A stretch of 64,000 nucleotides of DNA from Schmidtea polychroa (Eukaryota). The stretch lies in assembly GCA_044892525.1 (NCBI GenBank), contig CM097885.1, positions 184,636,001 to 184,700,000 on the forward strand, read 5' to 3'. Positions 36,533-48,475 of this stretch are shown here, piece by piece (position 1 is the stretch's first letter; each line of letters opens with the position of its first letter). The position numbers were made by a program, and so were the translations under genes. The notes under the pieces were generated by a model. That model saw nothing but the letters and a program-made list of their open reading frames with translations, was not told where the DNA came from and did no database searches.

Positions 36533-37805
36533 TTAGTACTGACCTTGATTTTCCTTTTCCAGTTTGATTCCTTTTATTTCCTTTATCTTTCTCATTTTGA
36601 ATTTCTTTTAATTCCGTTTCCTTTTCTGAGTCTCTATAGATCGTCCCGTTTCTTTTTACTCGTGGATTTTTTATTTATTTATTAAAATTTTAAAATTTAA
36701 CAATCAATAATTTAATAAACCTACAGAATTTGTAATAATAATTAAAAGAATCTCCTGTTACAACTTATATCATAGTTTTTCGTTTTAATTTAGAATTTTA
36801 ATTATGATAGATTGGTAAATTTATGATAAATTAAGTGGATGCTAAACTTTTTTTAGTGTAAAATAATGTCAAAAAGAAAATTTGGTTTGCTTACAAAACA
36901 TTATTGTGGACTATCGACCTGAGTTTCTCGAACCACCACTTTAGGAAACACTGCCCTAATGTCTCTGATAGATTTTTCATCAGCTCTTTTCTAAACACTT
37001 TTATGACTATTTAACTTCTTATACATCGCAACAATCATATTGGTAGTGTACATAGTAACTGAAAATCAATGAGCAGGTGAGCTTTATTACTATAACTACT
37101 TGTCATTGGACTTTCACTGTCGGGTTCATGACATCCGATAGAATGTCTTTGGTCGCTTTATCATTCTATATTCATTTCTGGGATTATTAGTTCTTGGTGA
37201 TTCTTGTTTATTTGATCCTCTTCAGTCGATGTTGCGAATATTTTTCTTTCAACAACTAGATTATGGATCTACACTTATTTCATGTTTACAACTTATTCTT
37301 AGACTAATTTTCAGATTTTTGTGCTGTGTTCCTCCAGCTTTTACGGAAATTATTTAGTTGCTTACTTATCGGAACATTTATTCAATATGATTACTATCCT
37401 TTCAGTTATCAGTCAAAATTTTAATTTTCACTTGCAGATTTGGACTTCACTTTGGAGTGATTCACTGCTACCAGTTAAGGTATTACAATGGAGTTTACAT
37501 TCAAGATTTATACTAACTCCGAACGGTCATTATCATATATTTCGAACCTGACAAATAACAATATTTATTTCTTTTAACCCATGAATGCCCGTAATACAAA
37601 ATGTTTGAATTTTTTTCTGAAACTGAGATATTATATTTATTTGAGTATTATAAAGATAAATCAGCGGTTATTTAAAAATCAGGGTTTCCTATAATACATT
37701 CCGCGTATGATATTTCATACTGGGTATTAGCCACAGAGCTACGGGTATTAATAGAATCAGTAGTAGGATGTGTCACCACTGGTACATGTCACCTCTGGCA
37801 CACCC

Positions 37806-38700
37806 CCAAAAAATTAAAAAAGAAATATCGAAAATTGAATAGTAAGAAGTCATCGAATTAAAATTTGAAAACGGGTTAGATGTAAAGGAAATGATCGGAA
37901 AGATCATGGCGAGAACGCTTCCATCAGAAAATGTTCATAAAGGGTCGAAATGCTAGAAAGCGTACTAAAACAGAAAATCGTCAATTAATTAATTAAGGAA
38001 AACCTGAGTTAAGTAAACAGAAAAAAAGTAAGCAAAATGGATTTTGGAAAACCAATATCATGACAACATGAGTAATGCTAAAACGGGAAGATGATTAACA
38101 CAAGGGAGACGCACAGTGAGACAATTAATTATTTCTTTCGCAGGAGAAAAGATGAAAAAGCTGCAAGGTAAAGTTTATCAAGGGGACGATCTAGTCGAAA
38201 TGCTATTAATCAATTATATTCAATTTTTTAAGGAAGCTGAAACTCAGAAACAGTCGGCATTTTGCCTCAAGTAAGGACGAATAATTCGACAGTAGAATTA
38301 AAGCAAAAATTAAAGTCAGAAGATAGAATTAACGGAAAGGAAAATAAAAGAATCGAGATAGATCAAAGGAGTAATGAAAAGAGGTTATTATTGGTAGTGA
38401 ATATGCAGAACCAAACTGGTTACAACAAAGCATATTGAATAGCCAGAATAGGCATTTTATTGCGATATTCAGAGTTTTGTAAATTGTAGATTATACGAAT
38501 TCGAATACAAATATACGTTGAGTGTTTATCTAATTGTTTTTAGAGAACACGCGGAGTGAGAAACACCGACGTTAATATTTATCTAATTAAAAACTCAACA
38601 ATGGTATAAAAAGGAAAACAATGATTCATAAAGGGAGAATGAGACCAGGAGTCATCGAAATTTGAAAGAATATGCAAAGAAATTGAGAAACAAAAATTAG
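37806..38700 (+). mobile_element. Diverged LTR fragment related to the Gypsy LTR (mirror copy ~53870-54758)
   Basis: ATCAGAAAATGT..AAAGGGT.GAAA..AAAACAGAAA..AATTAATT..GGAAAACC matches the minus strand of the LTR around 8000-8130. Confidence 0.6.
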
Positions 38701-38816
38701 TGAACATCACTGGGATGTTCACTTTTTGTAAACTTACCCATATTTAATAAACTGTCGACATCAATTGTTAGTGTCATTGTATATATATTCTTATTGTTCT
38801 TACAATTGTATATATA

Positions 38817-39737
38817 CAGGGGGTGCTGGTAAATCCGTAACAACCGGCTCGCGCGAGTCGGAGCGAGCCGGCTCCAGCACACCACTGCCTGTTTCATAAT
38901 ATCCTGAATTTTCAAGTGTGCGTTAGATAAGGAATGTTCTTTAATTTTTTTGCGAAGAGAAGCCTGTCTACTATCTTTTTTAGTTCCATTTGGAGTTATG
39001 GAAAACGATATCTATTCCTTAGAAACATGTACTTTTTTCTGTCTCAGTTGCTAAACATTTAATTTGCGAACAATCTTTACATCCTAATTTGCCATCTTTT
39101 ATTATCAGCCATTTATATTGTTCTGTAAATAAACTTACTTGCTTTCATTCCAACAATCAGGCAATTGGGTATTAATATTTGAAAATAAATCTTCCTCGAT
39201 TTCTACAGTTACAACAGATGTTTCTTCAATATGTTCGTTAAAATCAGGTGTTATGATATTTGAGTTTATTTGTGTAACTGCAGAATTGTTTAATCTGTTG
39301 CCAATTGTTTTTTCAGTCATTGTAGGCTGCGGAGCAAAAAACGACAATAAATTTCCCTGTTTTCTCTTCATTTTGGGTAAATCACTATAATTTACATAAA
39401 ATTAGTATTCCTAATTTGTTTTAATATATTTTAATAATAATTATTACTTACCTATTAGAAATTGTAAATTTAGTTATAATATTTGTATATTAAACTAGCT
39501 AGCTATTAATTTTATTTTATTAAACTAAAACGTGTACACATTAATACATTCCAGCCTAATATGAAAGACTATGTAAATTGTAATAGCAATACAAAACTAT
39601 ATATAACACAAATTCCAATATCAAAGCCTACTACCATCAAAATAAGTAATTAACGGCTAGTTTTAAATTTTTGTTTGGCAATTTAATTAATTTAACAACC
39701 GGCGCGCGCGAGCCGGAGCGAGCCGACTCCAGCACAC

Positions 39738-39742
<5 letters not shown>
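38817..39742 (-). mobile_element. Non-autonomous hAT with KIAA1586-like transposase N-terminus (mirror copy to 53747)
   Basis: TIR-like ends (C)AGTGGTGTGCTGG / CCAGCACCCCCTG, TATATATA on both sides; coding relic [29 protein letters not shown]. Confidence 0.75.
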
Positions 39743-39774
<32 letters not shown>

Positions 39775-39775
<1 letters not shown>

Positions 39776-41390
39776 TGATACAGAACAGCTTGAATTTATC
39801 ATGCTTCCACCAAATAATAGTGAATATTCAGATAAAGATGATGCTGCAAGTGACGCTGAAGTCTTCATAAAATCTTTTAGACATATGTACATTCCGAAGG
39901 CGCAAAGGTTCAAGTTCTTACTAAAAATGATAGAAGAGATCTTGATCTAGACGCCGAAATCGTAGTAGGTTCCCATCAGTATTCAAAAACACAATGTATA
40001 CGGGAAAAGAAACACCACCATAAGTGGATTCCTAGAGTACTAAAAAAACAACATAAAGTTTGAATGTCTATCAAATAATGCAGTCTTCCATAATAACAAT
40101 TTTGAGGGACAGTAATAGTAAGCCCATTGATCTCTTCAAATCATTCTTTACTGAAGATATAATGAGTCACATATGTAAGGATTTAGTCAAATATGTCACC
40201 GAGAAAGGTGAGCCAACATTTACTTTATCAGTTGAAAATCTCTACAAATATTTTGGAGTCCTTCTTTTGTCAGGGTATAATAAACTACCATTCAGAAGAA
40301 TGTACTGGGAGACTCGGCCTGATGAGAATAACTATGTAGTTGGCCAAGCCATGAATAGAAATAGATTTGAAAAGATTCATCAAATTTTACTAATAAATGA
40401 TAACATGAAAATGAATGTTAGTGACAAACTTTATAATCTTAGGCCTCTATTAGGTCATCTGAATAACAAGTTTAGTGAATTCGTAGAGCCAAAAGGCAGC
40501 GTTCTCTCTATTGATGAAGCAATAGAACTTCATTATGGCCACGAAGCAATTTATAAGATGAAAGCCAATTCGCTACGGATTCAATCTATGGTGTCTTAAT
40601 ATAATTTAGTCAAATTTTATCCCTGTACCGGTGCAGGAGATAAGATCTAAGAGAAATAAAGACTTTGCATAAACTTTGTACCTCAGGGATCTTGTAGTTA
40701 TATGGATAACTACTTTACTTCCCTCTTATTGATGGAAACACTTCTGAGTTGTAATATATTTTGTATTGGAACCATTAGAAGTAATTGGATTGAGAAAGCT
40801 CCTTTACAAGATATAAGTAAAGCGGATCGAGGTGCTTATTGTGAAGTTTAAGAAAAAGAAAGTGGAATAACTCTTATTAGGTGGAATGATAATAATCAAG
40901 TAATCATGGTTACAAATATGAAAGAAGAATCAATTTTTGAAGTAGGAAACTGCAAGCGATGGAAGAAACCGGAATGAAAGCATAGAAATATACCATAACC
41001 CATTATTGTGAAGTTGTACAACAAATGAATAGGAGGGGCTGATTTTTTTTAAACAAATTGAGAGGCCTTTACCGAATTAGAATTAGGTCAAAGAAATGGT
41101 ATTGGCAATTGTTTCATTTTTCTTTCAATGGGTAAATCTTTGAAACTTGTATCGTTATTTGACAAGAATATTTCTCTCTTGAATTTTAACAGACACATGT
41201 GGAAAAGAAACGAGGAGTTCGCTCTAAAACGAAGAAACAAGTTCCGGAAGTGACCAGATTTGATGGCAAAGATCATCTTGTAGAAAAAAATGATACTCAA
41301 AGGCGATGTACTGCATGTGGAAAATGTGCTAAATTTGTGAGCCTCGATTGCAGTGTAATACCAATACAATAACCAAATTTAGTATTGTTA
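39775..41390 (+). pseudogene. piggyBac-family (PGBD-like) transposase relic (mirror copy ~51050-52646, minus)
   Basis: PIDLFKSFF, YFGVLLLSGY..RRMYW, AMNRNRFEKI, KLYNLRPL, LSIDEA, YRIRIRSKKWYW, C-terminal RRCTAC; frameshifted. Confidence 0.85.
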
Positions 41391-41619
41391 CATATTTTGT
41401 CAACACTAATTCCCAGTGTGAGGCGTTTTGTAATTTGTATTAAATAATGGGATGATGTTGTGCATGTTTGATTATATGCTGAAATCCTTACTTATACATT
41501 AATTATTATTTTTTAGGAGCTCCTCAAACAAATTAACGTTATAATTTGTTTTAATAATATTTTTATTATAATTATAACATTATTATAACTTTATAATTAT
41601 TATTTTATTATTTTCAAGC

Positions 41620-41975
41620 TCATATTATTATTTTTCAAAATATTATTTTTTTCAAGGTCATATTATTATTTTTCAAAATATTATTATTTTCAATATCATA
41701 TTATTATTTTTCAAAATATTATTATTTTCAATATCATATTATTATTTTTCAAAATAATATTATTATTTTTCAAAATATTATTATTTTCAAGGTCATATCA
41801 TTATTTTCAAACTATTATTGTTTTCAAGGTCATATTATTTTTTTCAAAATATTATTATTTTCAAGGTCATATTATTATTTTATCATTTTCAAGGTCATAT
41901 TATTATTTTTCAAAATATTATTGTTTTCAAGGTCATATTATTATTTTTCAAAATATTAATATTTTCAAGGTCATA
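41620..41975. repeat. Imperfect ~32-bp AT-rich tandem repeat (mirror ~50460-50825)
   Basis: Units like TTCAAGGTCATATTATTATTTTTCAAAATATTATTAT. Confidence 0.85.
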
Positions 41976-42087
41976 TAATTATTTGTTCCTTATGTTTGAA
42001 AAACTGTAGTAGAGTTGTCAGAGTTGTGGTGTCATAATCGATGAATCTCATTCAGTGTATTTTTGAAATAAATGTTGTAAAACTCCT

Positions 42088-42092
<5 letters not shown>

Positions 42093-42172
<80 letters not shown>

Positions 42173-42174
42173 GT
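42093..42174. repeat. (ATT)n microsatellite
   Basis: Direct reading; the mirror position is an N gap. Confidence 0.95.
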
Positions 42175-43419
42175 TAGGGATAGGCCTGGGGCCTTGACTG
42201 TAAAATAAATAAAGAATTACTATATTTAGAAATGGTATAAATAAAATAATAAAGAATTACCGAAAATAAAATATAGAGTTAAATAATTACTATAATTAGA
42301 ATTAAGTAGTATATAGTAATATTTGATATTGCTATTACTATATATAGTAATTATAAAATTGCCATTAATATAATAAATAATTAAAATATAATATAAATAC
42401 TGGTTCAAAACGAGAACCAAGGGACGATAAAACATTGAGACAATAATTTGGACGATCAATTGAGGTCGTTAAAATCGAAAAGAAGCACTTGCAAAATTAT
42501 TATCATTTTAAAGAAAACGTGATTAAAGAATCACTGTGTTTAGTATAATTGATTCAAGGAATTTGTCAACAGTTCAAATTAAATTTGAATATTTCATCGC
42601 ACCAGACGAAATTCCGATTCAAATTTAGGATCAATTTCAAAGTTGAAAAATTGTCTATAAATTGCCAAACAGAATAAACAAAAGTCAGTAAGAAAATCTC
42701 TAGAGAATAATTGGAACAGATTTGTGACAGAAAAAGAAGGAGCCATTAATTTAGAAAAGGTAATAAGAGTTCATTATTCGTGTTGTGTAAGGATAAATTA
42801 TTATCCTTGTGAAGTGAATTAAAAAAAGCGAACACAAAGCACAGATAGCGGCTTTCGTGTTACCTGGTAGCCCCAAAATCAGGCCTCTTACTTCACCATC
42901 ATCCTTCCAATTTATTTAGCGATCGTTGTGCTACACAGGAGCCATCGATCTCTTGCAGGCTGTGGTAAACAGTAGGGAATAATAAATCCGTTTGCTTGTA
43001 TTCTTTACACCTTAATTGTAAATAATTTTGTAAATTATTAAATACATTTTTGTAAAAAGAGAAAAGAGTTTGTTCTTAACTTATACGCGCAACCACATTA
43101 AATATAACATATTTATATTTATTTTTATTTATCTATTTATTTTTTTAAGTCATTTATTGGAGTCATTGTGTTGAGATCTGTAGTCTNNNNNNNNNNNNNN
43201 NNNNNNNNNNNNNNNNNNNNNNNNNNNNNNNNNNNNNNNNNNNNNNNNNNNNNNNNNNNNNNNNNNNNNNNNNNNNNNNNNNNNNNNNNNNNNNNNNNNN
43301 NNNNNNNNNNNNNNNNNNNNNNNNNNNNNNNNNNNNNNNNNNNNNNNNNNTTTAATTTAGAAGTTTCATTATTATTATTTACTTAAATATTCATAAAACT
43401 TAATTTCTACGTCAATTAC

Positions 43420-43790
43420 ATGATTTTCAACATTTTCATCATTTGCATGATTATTTTAATAATTTTTAACATTTTCATAATTTTCACGATTTTCAACATT
43501 TTCATGATTATTTCAGGAACTTTTCATCGAATATTTTTCAAAGTATTATTTTCAAAGTTTTTATCAATATTATTGTTATTATAATTATTACTATTATTAT
43601 TATTTTTTGCGAAATTTTTATTATTTTATTTTTGATGTTTTATTATTATTTACTTCATAATTCATAATTCATAATTTTTAACGTTTTCATCATTTTCATC
43701 ATTTTCAATATTTTCACGATTTTCAACATTTTCAGGAACATTTTCATAATTTTCACGATTTTCAATATTTTCATGATTATTTTCTTCAAA
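43420..43790. repeat. ~9-bp TTTTCA(N)3 tandem repeat (mirror ~48640-49030)
   Basis: Direct reading; the mirror has an extra 18-bp block. Confidence 0.8.
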
Positions 43791-43880
43791 ATTCTTATTT
43801 TATTTATAAAATAAATTTATTATCATTTTCAAAATTATTTTCAAATTTCTTATTATTTATTTTCAAAATATATTATTATT

Positions 43881-44131
43881 ATTATATATACTCCTAGTCT
43901 ATCCGACAAAATATTTTGTCCCCCTATGGGTACTGCTCACACTCAACAGGTTGCAAGGGTACTAGTTAAGCTTATTATTATTGTTATACAATATGATGTT
44001 ACTTAGACATTTGAAGGTTGAACCATGGTTACAATTTCTACATTTTTAAAACGCTAATTTGATTGGCTATTTAAAGTATTACCCATAGAGGGAGAAAATA
44101 TCTTGTCGGATAAACTCAGAGTATATATAAT
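43881..44131. mobile_element. ~250-bp MITE with ~55-bp imperfect TIRs
   Basis: TATATACTCCTAGTCTATCCGACAAAATATTTTGTCCCCCTATGGGTA versus TACCCATAGAGGGAGAAAATATCTTGTCGGATAAACTCAGAGTATATA. Confidence 0.7.
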
Positions 44132-45240
44132 AAAACGAATTAACAATAACTCCATCAAATTGAATCAGTCAAATTAACACAAATTTGATAAAAAATCTTA
44201 TTCTAAATGGTAAGAAGCGTAAAGTCGAAAGATAATTTTAATAACACCGAGATAAATTAACAATATTATTCTCAGATGGTAAGAATCTTCATTAAAGTGA
44301 GGAAATTATTCATTATTCTGTGATAAATTAATAATAAAATTCAAAATTGTTAAAATAAGTGTTAGAATTATTCATTATTGGATTATGGAAGGTCAATGAA
44401 AATATACTAAGAGGTGGCATGGATATATATTAATATTTTTTAAAATTATTTCATAAAATTCATAATTTTCATAAAAATTATTAAAAATGATCACTTTAAT
44501 AAAAGATATTTAATACAATTTAAAAAATATTTGTCGGGAGGATATAAGTGAAAATAATTAGTGGGAAATCGAGAACCGGCTGCTATAAGTGACGAGGATA
44601 TATAAATAAAATTATTTCTATTATATGAGTTACTAACTAATTAAAATATTTTAATAATGTGATAACTTTTATTTTGCAACTCCAAAAGTATTCATTCAGT
44701 GAATCGTTGTTTACCACTGTTTTTTCTAAATACATTAAATAACTTTAAAATGCATTTATCATAATTAAATAAATCAATCGAATATTGAATAGAGGAATGT
44801 TTAAAAATTTTTAAAATATTTATGATTTCCTTATCAGTGTAAGTATCATGATTATTTATAAAATCTTCAACTGTGCTGTTAAAAAATTTCAATGAACGCT
44901 TATCTTCGGAATAGGTTGGACTTAATTTTTCCATATTTCTAGTAGGACTTCTTTGCTATAAATGACATATATAAAAAAATATTGACAAAATAATAAAGTT
45001 ACTAAATGTGTTTTGTGATTTACACAATCATATTCATACTTGTAAAAATCAGTAATAAATAAATTTCTTAATGACTAAATTACTTTTGTTTTTACATTTA
45101 TAAAAATTGAGATAGCCAATCAAATTAGCGTTTTCAAAATGTAGAAATTGTAACCATGGTTCAACCTTCAAATGTCTAAGTAACATCATATTGTATAACA
45201 ATAATAATAAGCATGACTAGTACCCTTGCAACCTGTTGAG

Positions 45241-48200
45241 CAGGCCCGTACCGTCGGGGGGGCAGGAGGGCCCGGTCCCCCCAAACGCAAGTCTAGCCCC
45301 CCCCCCCAAATAAAAAAACGGACATGAATAAAAAATTACATTCAATATGTTTAATAAAAGAAAAATTGCTATCGTGCACACATGCATTGACGTGGGTGTG
45401 CATGAGTTGCACATGTAGAGGTTTATGTAGTGTGGACGGGGGTAGGATGTTCCATCTATCTGTTTCACTGGAAGAGACTGGCATGTGAAGTCAGTGGCGT
45501 GGGTAGGGTGCATGCTGTCTGTCTTTCCTGCCTCACAGGCAGTAACAACGCATGGAGGCATGATTGAGTGTCAGAGCACGGAGTGGGTGCATTGTGGTGT
45601 TTATACGATGGTAGAGAGATAGGCCAATGAGAGCACATCACATGTCATTATACTCAACTCACTCCTATGGCAGAGTGACATGTTAATTGATCATATTTTG
45701 TAACATTATTTTCATCGTATTAGAACATGTCGACACAAAAGAGTATCATGAATTTCTTCCAAGTCATTCCAAAGAATTCTGTGACTTCAGTCACTTCATC
45801 TAGTGATAGTATCTCTGCTACTATGTCCTCAACTTGTGCTAGTCCTTCATCTGTACCTGCTATTTCATGTATCGGTGACAGTGCAGTGATGTCCTCATCT
45901 TCTTGTGCACCTGCTAAGACTCTGTCATCTACTAAATGTGATCTGGGTGAAGAAATGCCACGCCAGCCAACTGATGTAAATTTCCCAAAGACTTCGTTTG
46001 GTTCAAGGGAACGCTCATTTTCGTCTGTGTGGTATAATGGAAGACCATATTTGGAGTACTCTATTGAGAAAGATGCAGTCTTCTGCTTTTGCTGTAGAAA
46101 ATTTTCATTGCCCGGCTCTGCTGGCGAAAGTGCTTTCAGAACAGGAGGATTCCGAAATTGGAAATCGGCTTTAGAAAAAGGAAAAGGTTTTCAAAAGCAT
46201 AAATCTTCTGCTGGTCACATCCATGCCATGGAACGCTGGAAAGAGAAACAGCTGAGATGTGAAAAAGGTGAGGAAGTTTGCACTTTGATTAATGAAACAC
46301 AGCTGAAGAACAACCGTTATTATGTCAACGAAATCGTTGACGTTGTAAAGTTTCTTGTGACAAATGAATTAGCCTTTCGTGGAGACAGTTTCAGTAGAGA
46401 TGATATTGATGAGGATGATAAGCTTCCGTGTGGTCTAGTTTTACGTCTCTTCGAATACACTGTTAAGAAAAATCCTGAGCTGGCTCGAATCATTAAAACG
46501 ATTCCCAAAATTGCCACGTACACATCACCTCGAATTCAAAATGAAATTATCGCGTTAATGGCATCAATAGTGCAAGAGTCAATTGTTAAGAAGTGCAAGT
46601 CTGCGGATGTTGAATATTTTACTCTGAAGGTGGATGGTACCAAAGATCGAACAGGGACTGAGAATGTGTCGATTGCCATAAGGTTTGTCTCAGCAGGACA
46701 ACCTCAGGAGCACTTAATCTGCATTTCCCGAACAATTGCTCTCAATGCAGAGGCCTTCACAGATGTAATTTTGACAACCTTGAAAGAGGCTCAGTTGGAT
46801 CCTAAAAATATAATTTCCCAATGCTATAATGGAGCCGCTGTTATGTCTGGACAGCATGGTGGGGTGCAGGCCTTGTTTCAGGAGCGTCTACAAAAAGAAA
46901 TTCCGTATGTCCATTGCTTCAACCACAAGTTGCATTTGGTTGTTGTGTGTGCCGTTTCTGAGTGCCAAAAACTGCGGGACTTCTTCGACATATGCAGAAA
47001 CTTATACACATTTTTGTCATATCCTAAGGTTGCGGCCATATATCAAGGCGATAAATTGACACGGCTCATGGAACATCGTTGGACAGGGCACTTGCAGACG
47101 ACTCAGGCAATAACAACTAATTATGATTCAATTGTGAATTTGCTTGAGATGTGTTCTAGTAGACATTCTCACTTTTCAATTGATATTCAATTGGAAGCTA
47201 CTGGACTCTTGCATCGAGTCAATGAAGTGGAGTTTCAGTTCATTGCACACATGGTGCTCTCATTGCTGACTATCCTTGAAACAGCCAACAATAGCTTGCA
47301 GGGTCAAGCAATGGACCTTTCTTCAGCATGTGATGTTATGGATGCCGTCATAGAGCGCATTCGCAGCCTACGCAATGAAGATGAATTCCAAGTTCTTTTT
47401 GGGAAATTCGAAGGTCAAATGGATATGGAACAGACATCAAAAAGAAGAAGAACTCAGATGAACTCAAAATTAGACAACTTCATCGTGTTCGGATCTGTGG
47501 GACAGCCAGAACACCAGGCCTTGCCTATCAGATGCGCATATCGCCAGATGTATTACGAAGTCGTTGATAGGACTCTGCAGGAACTAACAAAACGCTTCGG
47601 TGTCACCAACAGAAGCCTTTATAAGTCTCTTGCATGTTTGAAGACTGATCACGCAAACTTTTTGAATATTGAGGATCTAAAGACTTTAGCGACACTGTGT
47701 TGCGTGGACCTAAGCGAAACCCAACATTAATTTGAAACTGCAAAGGTTTTCCTATTGAAGAGAGCCAGTACTGTGACAAACGTTCATCAGTTAGTGCAAG
47801 AACTGTACTCATACCGAGATGCTTTTCCATCTGTCTATCGTCTTGCAGCTTCTGCACTGACAATCGGTGCTACAACTGCCACATGTGAGGCGACTTTCAG
47901 TACTTTATCTCGTGTCTTAACTCCCTTTCGTACGTCGATGATCCATTCTCGTAAAGCCAACCTTGTATTGCTCTCATTTGAAAGTGACATCAGTAATAAC
48001 ATCAAATCTGATGAGTTTCTTCGGCGGTTTCATGAAATGAAAAATCGTCGACTGCAGCTATTTTGAGTCATGTCGATATCTCACACACGTAATTTCTTTT
48101 TTCTGGATCTAATTCCTGTATAATTTCTATTGCACTCACCTTTAGTTTTCAAATCTGTGTGACTGTGTGTTCTGTCTTTGTATGTCCAATTGTCCGTCGT

Positions 48201-48475
48201 GCAAATACATGCAGCTATTTGTTTTTTGTGTTTGTTCCTAAAAAATGTGCGAAAATCATTTCCTATATACTAGTATATGCAATAATGTAGCAAAATAATG
48301 CTCAGACAAAATGTCGATTTTGCTTTCCTTTTTTTTAAATTGAACATTTCGGAGTGCAAAGTGTGAGTAGTGACTAGTCTGTTTTCATAAAATACTTAGT
48401 TTACACGAGAATTACTGGCCCCTTTAATGAGAGTCTGGGCCCCGCCCCGTCAAAAGGTGTCACGGTACGGGGCTG
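45241..48475 (+). mobile_element. Full-length hAT transposon (3235 bp)
   Basis: 14-bp TIRs CAGGCCCGTACCGT / ACGGTACGGGGCTG (1 mismatch); perfect 8-bp TSD CTGTTGAG; empty site at 43952-43959 in the other arm. Confidence 0.97.
45727..48066 (+). pseudogene. ZMYM1-like hAT transposase with one in-frame stop (47728) and a D-to-N catalytic change
   Basis: TTF-type Zn finger (LEYSIEKDAVFCFCC), YTSPRIQNEII, KVDGTKD, CYNGA (normally YDGA), HCFNHKL, RW, CEATFSTL dimerisation motif; 47755-48066 is in the same frame. Confidence 0.92.

Larger units (their letters stand above)
5473..36953 (-). mobile_element. Decayed Buster/Charlie-type hAT DNA transposon, outermost layer of the nest
   Basis: Ends CAGTGGTTC (5473) and GAAACACTG (36953); flanking 8-mers CCCTAGTG / CCCTAATG (central TA, 1 mismatch); FAM200/ZBED5-like transposase fragments on both sides of the Gypsy element. 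Confidence 0.65.
37806..44071. repeat. Left arm of giant inverted duplication
   Basis: Reverse complement of 45111-54758 once the hAT insertion is removed; six ORF pairs mirror each other. Confidence 0.9.

Noticed and set aside
44692-44934. 80-aa ORF in the palindrome spacer with nearby TATAAGTG motifs (viral late-promoter-like)
   Set aside because: No recognisable homology and such motifs are frequent in DNA this AT-rich.
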